Below are positions 22,173 to 34,180 of a DNA stretch of 64,000 nt, piece by piece. A model generated the notes under the pieces. That model saw only the letters and a list, made by a program, of their open reading frames with translations, searched no databases and was not told the origin of the DNA. The first letter of the stretch is position 1, and every line of letters begins with the position of its first letter. Source of the stretch: Dudresnaya verticillata (taxonomy: Eukaryota); contig OZ374560.1 of assembly GCA_977862235.1 (NCBI GenBank), forward strand, positions 1,798,001-1,862,000, given 5' to 3'. A program made the position numbers and the translations under genes.

Positions 22173-25100
22173 TCGCGAGCTGTGGGGACGCACCCACCGC
22201 TGCAGCTTGTGTACCTTATTCTACTCCTGTACCGTCCCACAGCCACTTCTTCTTGCTCACAGCGCTCTGCCACGGTCACAGCACCCCACGAATCCCAATT
22301 GTCGACCTTCCGCGCCGAAGCTTATCGGCGCGGAAGGTGGACAATTGCGATTCGGGATGTGATGCGCTGCGCACAGAAAGCTTGCACGCTCTGAGAGCGA
22401 CTGGCCGGCAATCTGCCCGCCAACGGCCACCGCACAAGCATCGGCGGGCGGGGCAGCGTGGAGCACAGAAGCACTTCGGCCACGCGTTATGTTGCACACG
22501 CACCTCGCCAGACGGCCACAACTCCACGGACGGACGCACGCGCGATTGTCGACGCCTGCCCGCCCTCCTCCGCACGAAGCTGCGCGGCCGGGAGGGATGA
22601 GGAGGGAAGTCTCAAAAAGTGTGCTCACAAAATATGCAAAAATAATTGCGCTTTTTCCGAGATGATTCAACTCTGACGACTGTGACGCCCAGCACCTCAT
22701 CTCCTCGTCAACAGTGTGAACGAATACTGTAAGGCGTTGCCAGCGCTGAAAAGTGAAAGGGACACCCTGTCCCATATGCCACACGCGTGGAAGGCGATGC
22801 AACAGGCTTTGATCAAGGGGGAGACCCCGCAACTGTCAGCCAGAAGAGGAGTACTGCACTGGGGACGAAGAAAAAGACCGACTACCTTCTAGGGTGGTCT
22901 ATGGAGGTTGCTTGGCCGAATAGGATCATGAACAGCGAGCCTGAGCTGTGGGGCACGATGCTCGAGTCCGAGCGGCACGGCCGTGGGCCGGCTGCTGGCC
23001 ACCCTGTGCAATTGCGACGGGCAGTAAACTGACCTCGGGCGCGCGACGCGCGATTGCAGCGCCGAGCTGTTGCCGTTCTTCCTTTGCGAGTGGGATTGCG
23101 TTCGCGGAGCGTTAGCGAGCGAATCTCTTTACTTTGTGCAAGCGCGGATGGTCACACGACTTGGTCTCGTTGATCCGATCTGCAGACCGACTGAGTAACG
23201 CTTCCTCCAGACCTCTCGAGTTCTTACAACTTCGAAACTCCCCGCGGTAACTACTGCTCAGAGCGTTCCATTGGCGTCCACCCGAATGTGCCGGGCAAAG
23301 AAGTTGCAGCTGAACTGCTGTTCCCGCCCCCAAACTCACCATGCTGTAGAACTGTGCGGGTAAGTTTATCAGCGCCCTCCAGTAGAAACGCACTTCTACC
23401 CACTACTTTCAAACTTTTATCGTAGTAGAACGAAGTGGAAAGAATTTAAGCACCCTTAAAACAACTCATCCGTACCGCATGCTTTCTGTACTCGATACGG
23501 TCGCCCCCACGCCCATTTGCAACAGCCTCAATTGCACTGGTTCAAATGTTCAATATTGCACCTTCCAACCTGCCCTTCTCTGGGCTACTACCGAAGCTAG
23601 TCTCCTTCACACTACTTCCAACACTAGGGTAATGTTATAACAGTATTTTTCTCACCCTTTCGCCGGTACATTGCCGAAACGGTGAGCACAGCCCGTCCTA
23701 CATGTAGCTACGTGTTTGGATACTGTATTCAGCTACCGCTCTGTTTGATGTCTCTCGTGATCCTTCCGCTCACCAGGGAATCCGCAGCTTAACTATTACA
23801 ATCCCTCCACGACTTTCAGAAACAGCTTGTTCGACATTCCATGAAGGCGGAAATCCGCTCCGGTTGCCGACCCCGCTCCGGCGCGCACGCACACACAGGC
23901 TAGAACAACCAACACGGTCTAGAAAGCAAAAAAACAAAGTTCTGGATATCTCCATTGGCCAGCCCAAAATTCGTGAAAAATACTGGCCTCGAAAACAATC
24001 TTTTCTCTGCTTACCGACTCACCGGCTCCCTTTTGCACTGGTTGTGTTGGCTGAAAAGGGGTCTCCTTCCGCCCAAGACCCCACCCCCCGCCTGCCTCAC
24101 CCTACACTTCCCCCACGCCCTCCCCGCTCTCAGCCTCTACTAAACTCTCCCGTTCAGGCACAACTCAAGATGGGGAAGAGGCGCACTGGAAAACGAATCG
24201 AAGTGCTTTGCTTTGGAGATTCCGCCGGGGTTAAGAAGCTCAATGAAGGTAATGGGAATGTCTACGAGGACGAGGATTACTCGCAGGATGGTATCTACCG
24301 AGATACTTGGGCTTCCATAATCGAAGAGGCAGACGAGCGCCAGACCGAGCTTGAGACCAAGATGGCCGGCAAAAAGAACCGGCGCAAGTTTTTTGCAGAA
24401 GGGCGCTAGAAGTGCACAAGTCATACAGGCCGTGAGCTGCTACATGACAGGTAAGACCAGCGTACCAATATGGAGCAACGCGGCGAGACGAAATTGCTGG
24501 CAATGCCTCTAACAAACTGTTGACTACGTGCCTTTGATGTTCTCCTCCAGTTCAGTTGATACCGCAGCTCTTTCTCAATCAATCGTTGTCTTCAATGACT
24601 CTCTTCTGCTTTGTCTTTGTGCACATGTGTCGGTTGATACTGCAGCTTTGGGTCTGCTTGTTTTCCTTGAGAGCCATTCATATAGCTGACGAGTCGAGTT
24701 GTCTGCTCTTCCGCCTTATTTCCGTCGTGACCTTTTGTCCGGTCTGGCAGTCTGCTTAGTAGCTGCAGCTACCGCAGACTTCCGCACGAAACCGGCGAGA
24801 GATTCAAAGAAACTAGCCCTCAAGGGCTCAATTGTTATTCCGTGTCCACCAATGACTCGAGCACCCAGTAGCCAGCCTGTAGACTGCTTCAGACTGCCAG
24901 TAAACCATTCGCCTTTCTTTGTGTCTGCTCATGGCCATTGACAACATCATGTGTTGTTTGCTCTGGTAGAGATCGGGACGCGGCCTCCACCCTTATCCCA
25001 TACGTGGATAGACGAATAATTGCCCAGTCCTTTCTACTTCTGGCGACGAAAGTTGGTACTCTCATGAAGCTACAAATTTGGACATTGGAAGGAAGTGAAG

Positions 25101-25599
25101 AGCTTCTGCTGAGTTTTCAAAATGCAGTAATAGTAATGTGCCGGTCTGCTTGGCGGAAAACGTTTGTCTATTCGAAATCCAAGTTAATGTGCAGGAGAAG
25201 AAGTCTGGTTCCAAATTTTCGCATAGCTCCACCTCCAAATCTGCCAGTTGACATGTTATCTGCGTGCCTGTCCAAGCAACCGTCCCTTTCTCTTCGAATT
25301 ACGAAACCTAGAACAACCCCATGGCACGCAAGAACTGAAATTAAATCCTCAGCTGCCAGATGAGCTTTGGGGTAGCACGCAAAGTTATCTTGTGGCTTCT
25401 CGGAAGTACAGTACGAAGATAACCTGCTCAGCAGGAAACAATCACGGAGCAAACAGCACTTCAGTGGCATTTCGTACCATTGTCTTAGTCCGAGGGGAGC
25501 TTCACAGTGCTCACGTGTCCTGCTGAGCATACTCTGGGAGTAATTTCTGATACCTTTAAAAACTCACATACCTTGCGTCTGGAATTCTTATCAGAAAGA

Positions 25600-26040
25600 C
25601 AAGTCGCACCGCCTTCGGCGGAGGCGGCGCTGCGCGCCGCTACTCCCTCCGCCTTCGGCAGGGGCGGCGCTGCGCGCCGCTAGACCCCGCGCTTCGGCGC
25701 GGGACGGCACTGAGTGCTGGTATGATAAGCACCACGGCTTCGCCGCGTGGTGTAACGGCGGTCGCGCGCGCACAAAAGTAAACGACCAAATTGAAGAATC
25801 AGGCGCACAGCAAAGGTGTCGGCTGTAAGGAGCACCATCCCGCCAATCAATGGTGAGCTTTGCTGCTGCTGCTGATCTTTTTCATTGGCGCTGCGGCCGC
25901 GTACTTAAGATATAATTTCGGATGCGTACAAACTACAGTGGCGCCAAGTAGATTTGCTGCCGCATCGATGTAGAAATTTGTTTACTTTTCGAGACCTGGC
26001 CGGGCTAATACTACCCTTCACGCGGTCATACCCACATAAA
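25600..26040 (-). mobile_element. Non-autonomous Helitron (~440 bp)
   Basis: Minus-strand first ~200 nt align with 34181-34395 (5' end of the large Helitron); 3' end CCGCCGAAGGCGG hairpin, TGCGA, CTTG|T. Confidence 0.75.
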
Positions 26041-26238
26041 CGAATCCCTCGAGGGGCCTCGTACACTGACTAATCATTACTATGGGGGGAACAGGGGAAG
26101 ACACGCTGCTCGCCGCGATGTGACGTTCTGGTGCTGGATTGTACTGCTGACTTGAAGGGAAGATTGTGTGTCGGAAGCAGAAGTGAAAGGTCTTGAGAGA
26201 TATTTTTAAGACGATGTAATGCAGGAAAGATATTTGAG

Positions 26239-26322
26239 GGCCTTTAAGAGGCTGCTAGAAAAATCAAGGTCTTTAAGAGGCCGCTAGAAAAACTTCAAGG
26301 CCTTTAAGAGGCCGATGAAAAA
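26239..26322 (+). repeat. Three tandem ~30-bp units with quasi-palindromic core GCCTTTAAGAGGC
   Basis: Units start at 26239, 26268, 26299; same core occurs once per Helitron arm (~28027, ~40575). Confidence 0.8.
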
Positions 26323-26418
26323 GAAGACAGAGAGTAAAAGCAGCAAAACCACTTAATGTCAGTGCTTTTGTTCCAAAAACATGACTGCTTCAGGCAGAAA
26401 TGAATTTCCAACCACTAC

Positions 26419-26712
26419 CCGCCCGCGGAGGCGGACGGGTGGAACAGTGGTTCACCGCTGGGCCGTTGATTCCGGGAAACCGAGTTCGACTCCCCCCAGG
26501 TCCCATGGTTCTACAATGTTCTCAAGGATGTTTCCCCACCGGGGTTGTTTGCCCATTCTTCTCATGGAGCCGGCTGGACTGCCTCCAGATTACGGGTGTA
26601 AGCCCGTCTAGAGTACCATACAGTAGATATCTGTTGGTAGGGTGTGTGCCTGCAAATGGGCCCTAGTCGCCCGCGCAACCGCGCACGTTAAAGATTCAAT
26701 AAAGTACAACAT
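26419..26712 (+). mobile_element. tRNA-derived SINE with LINE-derived 3' tail
   Basis: A box TGGAACAGTGG (~26440), B box GAGTTCGACTCC (~26482); tail GTGTGCCTGCAAATGGGC..CGCCCGCGCA..CAATAAA matches the LINE 3' end; candidate TSD CACTAC (26413-26418, 26713-26718). Confidence 0.8.
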
Positions 26713-26730
26713 CACTACTGGAATCTTGAC

Positions 26731-29700
26731 GTCCCTGGAGCCCTTTACAGTTTCGCAAAGTAGTTTTATATGTGCCGATGTTTCTGATGTAAACGTTTGA
26801 GAGGGGTTCTGTGTGGTTCAAGGGGAAGCGAGCCCTTTTTCGCTGAAAGCGGTCGGACTAAATACGTTGACCGACGGAGAAACCGCCATCGGCGCTCACC
26901 ACCGCCGTTGGCGCGCGAACACGTCATCCAACGGCTTGCTGAGGCGCGTGCGCGCACTGCGCGCCGCGCGCCACGCGGGCACCGTACAGTGGTGGGCCGA
27001 CCTGGCGCCCCGGGGCACTGCAGCGCGGATCCGGATGCGATCCGGATCCGGCATCCAGATTGGCTATCTGGATCGCCTAAGCTGTAAGGTATGCGCCTGT
27101 AAGGCTGCGGGTATCAGCATTGCTGGCCCGATCCGGATGGGATCAGGATCGGACAAGTACCAGATTACATCTAAGGCACACGCTCTACAGTGCGCGCGCA
27201 CGCGCGGCTGTAAGACACACGCGTCCACGTGTACATGTAAGCACCCACACAGGGGATTGTACGGCGATCTATCAGACGCGCGGCTGCATGCGACGCGTGA
27301 TCTGTCAGACGCGCCTCGGGACGACACGTGTCCCGAGTTCCCGCGCTACACGCACGCCGCCGCGCCGCCGTACTATACTTAGGTAAGCCGTCCCAGACGT
27401 CACAGTAATCGCCCGGGCAAGCCGGCCTTGGTCCAGACTTCCCCGTTCCGCACGCGCGCATTCTACCGCTGCCTACGGCTAAGCGTCTACCTCCCGTGCT
27501 TCCACGTCTACCATCGTCCTTGACGTGTTCCCTTTCTTTTTCCCTTTTCCTTCCTTTCCGCCTCGGGCGTTTACAGTCCGCCCAAGGCGTGCCCCTTTGC
27601 TCTACCACCAAGTCGCCCACGGCGGGACTACCTACCGCCGAGGGCGCAGCTACCCACCGAGCCCCGAACTGCTCGGCGGTCTATCGTCACTGGACGCTTT
27701 GCACCACAGTCTGGACGTGGCAGTTTGTCATTTGACAGGGTGCCTGGTCACAACTTGCCAGTTTGTCATTTTGACAGGCTGCCTAGACGTACCGTTTTGT
27801 CATTTTGGCATGTTGCCTTAGTGTGCTTGTCTCGAATTTAGACAGTTTATTTTACCTCGGTGTTCCACTCTCCTATTTACACGGGGTGTTTGTGTACCAG
27901 GCTGTCACGGCAGGGCATGTAAGGTGTCAAGACGATTTAATGCAATAAAAAGAAGAAAGAGAACACATATTGTCGTTCTGTAAGAGAACCTCCAAGATGC
28001 ATTGAAATATGAAAGGAATTATCGACGCCTTTAAGAGGCTGTGATTGTCTAAGTAGTAGAATCATCCATCACGTCTGCCTTCAACAAAGTCAACAGCCTC
28101 TCGGAGAAACGGGTTGCTGATGGTAACAAGCATATTATGGAATGGATGTTCGGGGTCGGATGTATGATCTTCCTCCTTATGTAGCAGAAGAATATCGCCA
28201 GATTTCTTTGCTCGGGAAAGGGCAACGTATAGCTGCCCTGGAGAGAAGAAGTTGGAACGCAGGTCGACGATCATTCTGCTTAAGGTCTGTCCTTGTGCCT
28301 TATGCACCGTAGCGCTGAACGCCAGACGGATAGGGAACTGCCTTCTCGTGACGCGAACTCCGTGAAATTCAAACTGAAAGTCTATGCGATGTAACGCGAA
28401 GTATTCCAGTTCGCTTCCAGATTGACCAATCTTCGCAACGTAAACCATTCTGCGTGTATAGCGCTTGACGACAAACATTGCTCCATTGACAATGTGAGGG
28501 TGAAGAACGTTTCTGATAACTATGACTGGAACACCGAGTTTAAGTTGTAGATCATGCGGCGGAACCCCTGTCGGAATGTACCGGTACGTCATTTCTGCCA
28601 CAATATTGTTGCTGATAGGGTTGGAACTTCTGCCGCTGCGTCGGACCGGAACAATGCTGGTTGCCGACTTGAGTGAGAACATTGCTCCCGGGAATCGTTT
28701 CAAGGATTCCTCATTGTGCTCATCGACGAGTGCGTTGGTGGGACAAACAATCATGTGCTTCGGTTCCACATCCCTCGGATGTCCGGTTCTAGCCCACTTC
28801 CAAATACCTTCGTACGCTGCTGTCATATCTCCGGTGGATGAAAGGGGAACGGGACGTGTGGCTGGGAACCTCCCAGTTGCGATGGACATCAACATGCTAC
28901 TGAATCTCTGGTCTTCTGCCTGACGGACCTGCTGAGTAATGCGGAGGACATTCACACGGGGCCAAATGGAGGAAGCCCACGGAAGTTCGTCCAAAAGTGA
29001 TACGTGAACGTAGCGTGTAGTCCCCTGTTCATCTTCCTCCAGTCTCCTTGACGGCACTACGGGTAGAAGCTGAAGATAGTCTCCCGAAAACACGATACTC
29101 AAGCCTCTAAATAGCGGCTTGTCTTGTGCAGAATACGAGCTACTGCTGGTACCCCCACCACCGGTCCTTGAATGCCCCGGTCTCACTCTAAGGTCCTTCA
29201 GAATTGCGGCAAAGTGCTCAAATAAAACGCGTTGCATCATTGAGGCCTCATCAATAATGATAAGTGCCATGTTTCGAAGCATCCCTGCTCTTTGCGAACA
29301 TAGCCCATACTTTGAAAGCTTCGCATGTCGCTCAGAACTGTCTTTCAACTACTCCAGGGCCAAGTAAGCTATGGAGTGTGCGCCCCACCCCCCGAGTACA
29401 GTGATGCTGCAATACCTGTAGTCGCAGTAATCTCCACGTGCATTCCCTTGACCTGTGCCATGTCGCGTAGTAGAGAAAGAAGATAAGTCTTCCCTGTTAC
29501 AGCGTGTCTTTGTAAGAAGAATGCTTTTCCATCTGTCCCCAGTGTGTCTTGCTGACGTCGTTCGATTACATTCTTCATGAGCCTGTCAAACACACGCTTC
29601 TGTTGCGAGGTTAAAGTACGGTACTTGTCCTCCAGACGTGTTCGTGTACTCCTAGACGAAGAAGCTCGATTGATCTCGCTCTGTACCCTTTCAGTCTCCG

Positions 29701-32700
29701 TGGATCGTTCCTGAGAACTGACGAAAGATCGGAATGACCGGTGATGCCTTATAAGATGCCCGCCATGACTGTCGGATATCTCAAAGAGTCTGCGGATAAG
29801 CTCGGCCTTGTTCCTAGCAGTAGATCCCAGGTCAATATCGGATATAAAATAGTCCAGGTGCCTCTCTAACATGCTATTCGGATGCCCTCCCTGCTTGTAA
29901 AGCGTCCCTATCATGAAGCGCAGGCTTCCCGAGTTGAATGCATTCGCACTGCTTCATCGACGGACCGGTCATACTCATTTCCATCGGCATAGAGACAAAT
30001 AGCTGCTGCTGCATCGCGGAACGACTCGTATCGATTCCCTTCTAATTCTTTGCCAGCTGCGAATGAGGAGAGAGTCCTGTGTATGACGATCACTCAGAGT
30101 GCAAAAAGCTCGACATTGGCTGGTGAAACGAAGCGGATTCGTGCTACAGTGTCTTCATCGGATCCGCTCCTTACCATACATTGACTGGGATGCCCATTTT
30201 CGCGTGGAATGTCACCACGTCGGGACTGAAGGCTCCCTGGAAGTGTCTCATAGAACTTGAACTCTTCCATGTAGTCGAGAAAGGTTTTGGACCTGTACTG
30301 TGTCGGACGCTTGAAGTATCGAAGTAACGGTGAGTCTGAAAACGGACGAGGAAGATTCGGGTTGCGGATGACAATGTTTCGTTCTCCTTCTAAGTCTATC
30401 TGATATGAGAAACCGTAGGCTTCATCTTGACCTGTCTGAACTCAAGTAGGGACTAGGCCGTCTCTACTGCACCCCTCACTCTCGCGCGCACGTAGAGTCG
30501 AAATGCGTTGTGCGTATTGTCCCTTGCGGGGTTTCTCTGTGTCCCGTCCCTGCCCTCTTTTGCTCCGGTTCTTATGCTTACGTTGTGAAACTTGGGTGGC
30601 TTGAATGTATACTTCATGAGGTATGCGACCGCTCCACCGCCTTTTGTGCGTTCTATATTGATGTTGCAACGGTACCTTCGTGTTATCTTAGCATTGAAAG
30701 GTACAACTCGGAGATCTTCCGCTTTCCTCCGCCGATACACAACCCGATTGCATGTCTCATCAATGTATGTGGAGGGAGTCACGACGGTTTTATCGTACCC
30801 GAGGCGGCATCTTCTGCCCCGCGTACGGCCCCTACAGTACGGGGAGTGCCGATGCATGTTCAACTTCTTGACAAAAGCTCGGATTTCCGGATCGCCTTCC
30901 TCAGTCGGCAATTCTGCACTGATCATGGCGTCAACTTCATCCAAATACTCCAGTAGTCCTCCCTCCAAGAATACCAACATGTGGTTGCGCGGCGTGTTCC
31001 TTTCTTGGAAGTCCAGGTTTGAGGCAATACAGATACAATGTCTACCGAAATAATCTTGTGCGTTCTCTTGTATCTCCCTCATGACATCGTTTTCCAATTG
31101 ATTATAAACGCTTGCAGTGAGATCTGGGCGGTCGAAGACGCGGGGCTTGCTTCCATGAGGCTGGAAGGTACTGCGGTGTTGAATGTGAAAGCCTAGCCGG
31201 CCCATCTCTTCCCTCCATGGGTTCATCGTGACAGTAACGAGAAGAGAAGGGATGTGCATTCGTGCAACGATTTCCTGCACGTCTAGTAACTTCCCCCGCC
31301 AGTATGAAGGAGATTTGATGTGGTTATCAGTAAGAAAGAGCCGGCCAGCACGATATATCTCATCATCATCCATCACAACTTCTTGCAGTTCTCTCTCCTC
31401 GACGATTCTTGCCGTTTGCTCACGTTCAAGGAATCTAAGACGCTGATCTTCTATGTTCGTAACGGTTCGAAGTAGCCAGACTTGGAAAAGTGTCCCGCTG
31501 TCCTGGAGGATATTGTCTGAGTATAGTCACCGCTTGACGTGGGTTGCCCACGTCAGCTTACGCACCTTCTTCTGGCTTGCCTCTTCTTCATAGTCAGTAT
31601 TAGTGTTATCCCCTCCTGCTTGTAAGAACAGTTCTATATCGAACGGGAAATGCTCATCACTACACGGGTATAGAAGCGGAAACGCCCCCACCTCTGCTAA
31701 CTAAGATGCTGCACTCAACGTACGGTACTTAACAACACGTCTTTGACTGTCCGGTGCCCGACCTGCGGTGGTTTCTCGATGCACATCTGTGCTTCCGACT
31801 ATCTGCACCATTGGCTGCTCGCTCCGATACAGCCCAGAAAGATCTACAGTCTAGCTGTGTAGATGCCTTGGTACTCCCGTTTGATCTTACGGAAGCGGTC
31901 CCACTCCTCCCACGCCTTCTATGTCCCCAACATGTCTCCCACGGTAGTTTTGCATTACTACACCGTCATTTGCAACTTGTTCATTCACTTCTACTGTATG
32001 AACAGTGATTGAAGGGTCATTGGAAGAGCTGCCGGCAGCAGCACGCGAAGACTGAGAAACCAAGGAGCGGTAAGTCTCCCTTAGTATACGCGGTGGAGGT
32101 TTCAGACGATCATACAGAATCGGGACGAGTCGGCGAACATTTTCGTTGTTAACAGCATCCCACATCATCCTTGATCGCTGATCGAGTTCCCTCAAACTTG
32201 GTACCTTGTCCGACCAGAAGAAGTTGTATCTTGCATCACGCTTTGGTACAGATATGGCTGCGTTACCGTACAACTTCATGAAAGAATGCCCACCGGCAGG
32301 CATGAACTTGAGTTTCATGAAGGATAGACAGGTAGCAAAGAGAGATTTAAGCTTTACAGACATAGTACGGAAAGCTCGGAGCTTGTATACATCTGCCAGC
32401 TGATTAGACTGCTGTCTCCTTCGGGATGTGACGCCCCATCCCGAAGGACCCCTCTTTCCACAACAAACACCATCAACTTCCTTTCCAAGGATCAAACGTC
32501 CGCAGTACTCTCAGGTTCTTATGAAGAGCGTCCATCCTTCTAGAGAACAGCGTCGGGCAGTATGGCTTCGGTCTTCACAGTTGGAACATCTTCGCCTCGT
32601 GTCTCGATAAGTATTGAACTCCTCAAGAATGCTTCCGGATGCCTTGGCATCCTCTAAACCTAGATCAAAGGCCTAGGAGACAGAATAAAGTCCGTTTCCC

Positions 32701-33317
32701 ACCTTTCCTACTTCAGACATATGAGTAGCATCTAATGTCCCCGAAACGGGCTCTTCTATGTTTTCTCATACACGTCGCTCACCGGACCATTTGTAATGTG
32801 ACCGCCTTCCTCTGAGAGCGTTCCTTGATCCGGTTCAGGCACCTGAGTCCTTCGTGGCCTCCCACTTCCCGCAGGAGATCCTCCAGCGTTTACCCGAGCA
32901 TCTCCTGAATTCGCACGTGCATCACCGGCGTTGCTGTGAGCCCCTCCAGAGCTAGCTCGACTTTCTCCAGCATTAATTTGCGCCCCTCCCTCGTTTTCCC
33001 TTGCTCTACCCGCATTCTGGTGCGAGCCCCCCGCGTTTTCTCTTAGCCCATCCGCATTCGGACGCGCACCGCCCGCATTCGTTCGCGCACCGCCCGAATT
33101 TGAAGGCGCACCACCCGAATTCTGACGAGGCCCCCGCGAATTCGCACACGCTACCTCGGCTTTATCGCGTTGACCACCAGAATTGCGCCTTGAGCCACCT
33201 GCATTCGACCTCGCACCACCTGAATTACGCCTGGCACCACCTGAATTCGCCCATACCCTGCCATAATTTTCCCGCGGCCCACCCGACTCAGGTCGCGGAC
33301 CCCCGCGTACCATTTCT
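26731..33317 (-). mobile_element. Helitron, left copy (lacks own 5' end and terminal hairpin)
   Basis: Reverse complement aligns with 35216-40983 once the solo LTR is removed. Confidence 0.9.
26812..27708. mobile_element. Solo LTR (897 bp), family A, inserted in left Helitron copy
   Basis: TGTGGTTCA...TGCACCACA; TSD TTCTG/GTCTG; empty site (minus-strand ATCTG) present in right copy near 40903; homologous to 7892-8782. Confidence 0.85.
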
Positions 33318-33340
33318 GTACAATATCTAATCATGCCCAT
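28062..33340 (-). pseudogene. Helitron RepHel (HUH-Y2 Rep plus PIF1 helicase), disrupted
   Basis: LLVTVTMNPW, RPDL, FQERNTPRNHML, YLMKYTFK; TGKT, IIDEASMM, GDYLQLLPVV, QFPIRLAFSATVHKAQGQTL, GQLYVALSR. Confidence 0.95.
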
Positions 33341-34180
33341 GAAGATCTCTCACTTGCTCCTGAAGGGCCCTTAGGGACGAACGTCCAGGACATCCTCCTC
33401 TTCATGTGTCTCAGTACTGGGAGCAAGTTGAGCTAAGCTTCGCGGATCTGCGTCACGTGTGCCACTAGGTCCTGCTGGAGATGGGCTGTTCAGCTTGAAA
33501 GTCTCTTCAAAGGTGGCCTCCGCGATGGTTGGAGTTTTGGAAGCAGGATAATGCGAGTTTGGGTACCGGGACTCAGTCATTGCACCGCAACCAGGCCCGT
33601 AAAGGCCACTGGTATCCATCAGCTCTTCCCGCGGTGCATGCTATCCCGTCGGCTCCTTGTACGAGGAACATTCGTGACCGTTTCGACCAGTACCAACTCG
33701 CGTAGAACTTCCATAATTGTTTCCCGAGTGATAGGGGTCCGTGCGGTTTCCATTACCAATGTAGCTACCACTGTAGCCATATCCATCGCCGGTACCAGCA
33801 TTGTATCCGTTATCGTAAGTATAGGCTCTAGCGTTGTAGTCTCCAGCATTTTTGTAGCCTGGAATGCGATACGGCAGCTGCCTTCCATGCTGCTTCCCAT
33901 AATAACGATCGTACGATCCTCTATTTCCATCTGCAGGTCCATTGTAGCCATGGTAGCCACCTCTGTCCTCGTCGGCATGGCCGCTTCCGTAACCGCGATC
34001 GTATCCGTGCTGATCACCGCCCCTGTTTCTGAGGGAGCTGGCAGAGAATATCGCCCGCGAGTGGTGGGTGGAACAAACCCTTCCACGATAGAGTTGAGGA
34101 TACCTTGAGTTGAGGGCTCACGATGGCGCCCCTCCAGCTGGTGCCTCTCCAGCAGGTGAGTATTTACCTTATAGCAAGAA

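Larger units (their letters stand above)
19935..22370 (+). repeat. Diverged direct repeat pair (~19935-20070 and ~22210-22370)
   Basis: Shared GCCACTTCT..TTGCTCACAGCGCT.TGCCA.GGTCACAGC.CCCC and GCTTATCGG.GCG.AAG blocks. Confidence 0.65.

Noticed and set aside
22600..25530. ORF 23864-24409 and neighbouring fragments as host genes
   Set aside because: No recognisable motifs; short and interrupted
26433..26505. Functional tRNA gene
   Set aside because: A and B boxes are present, but acceptor and anticodon stems pair poorly and it is fused to a LINE tail; treated as a SINE head
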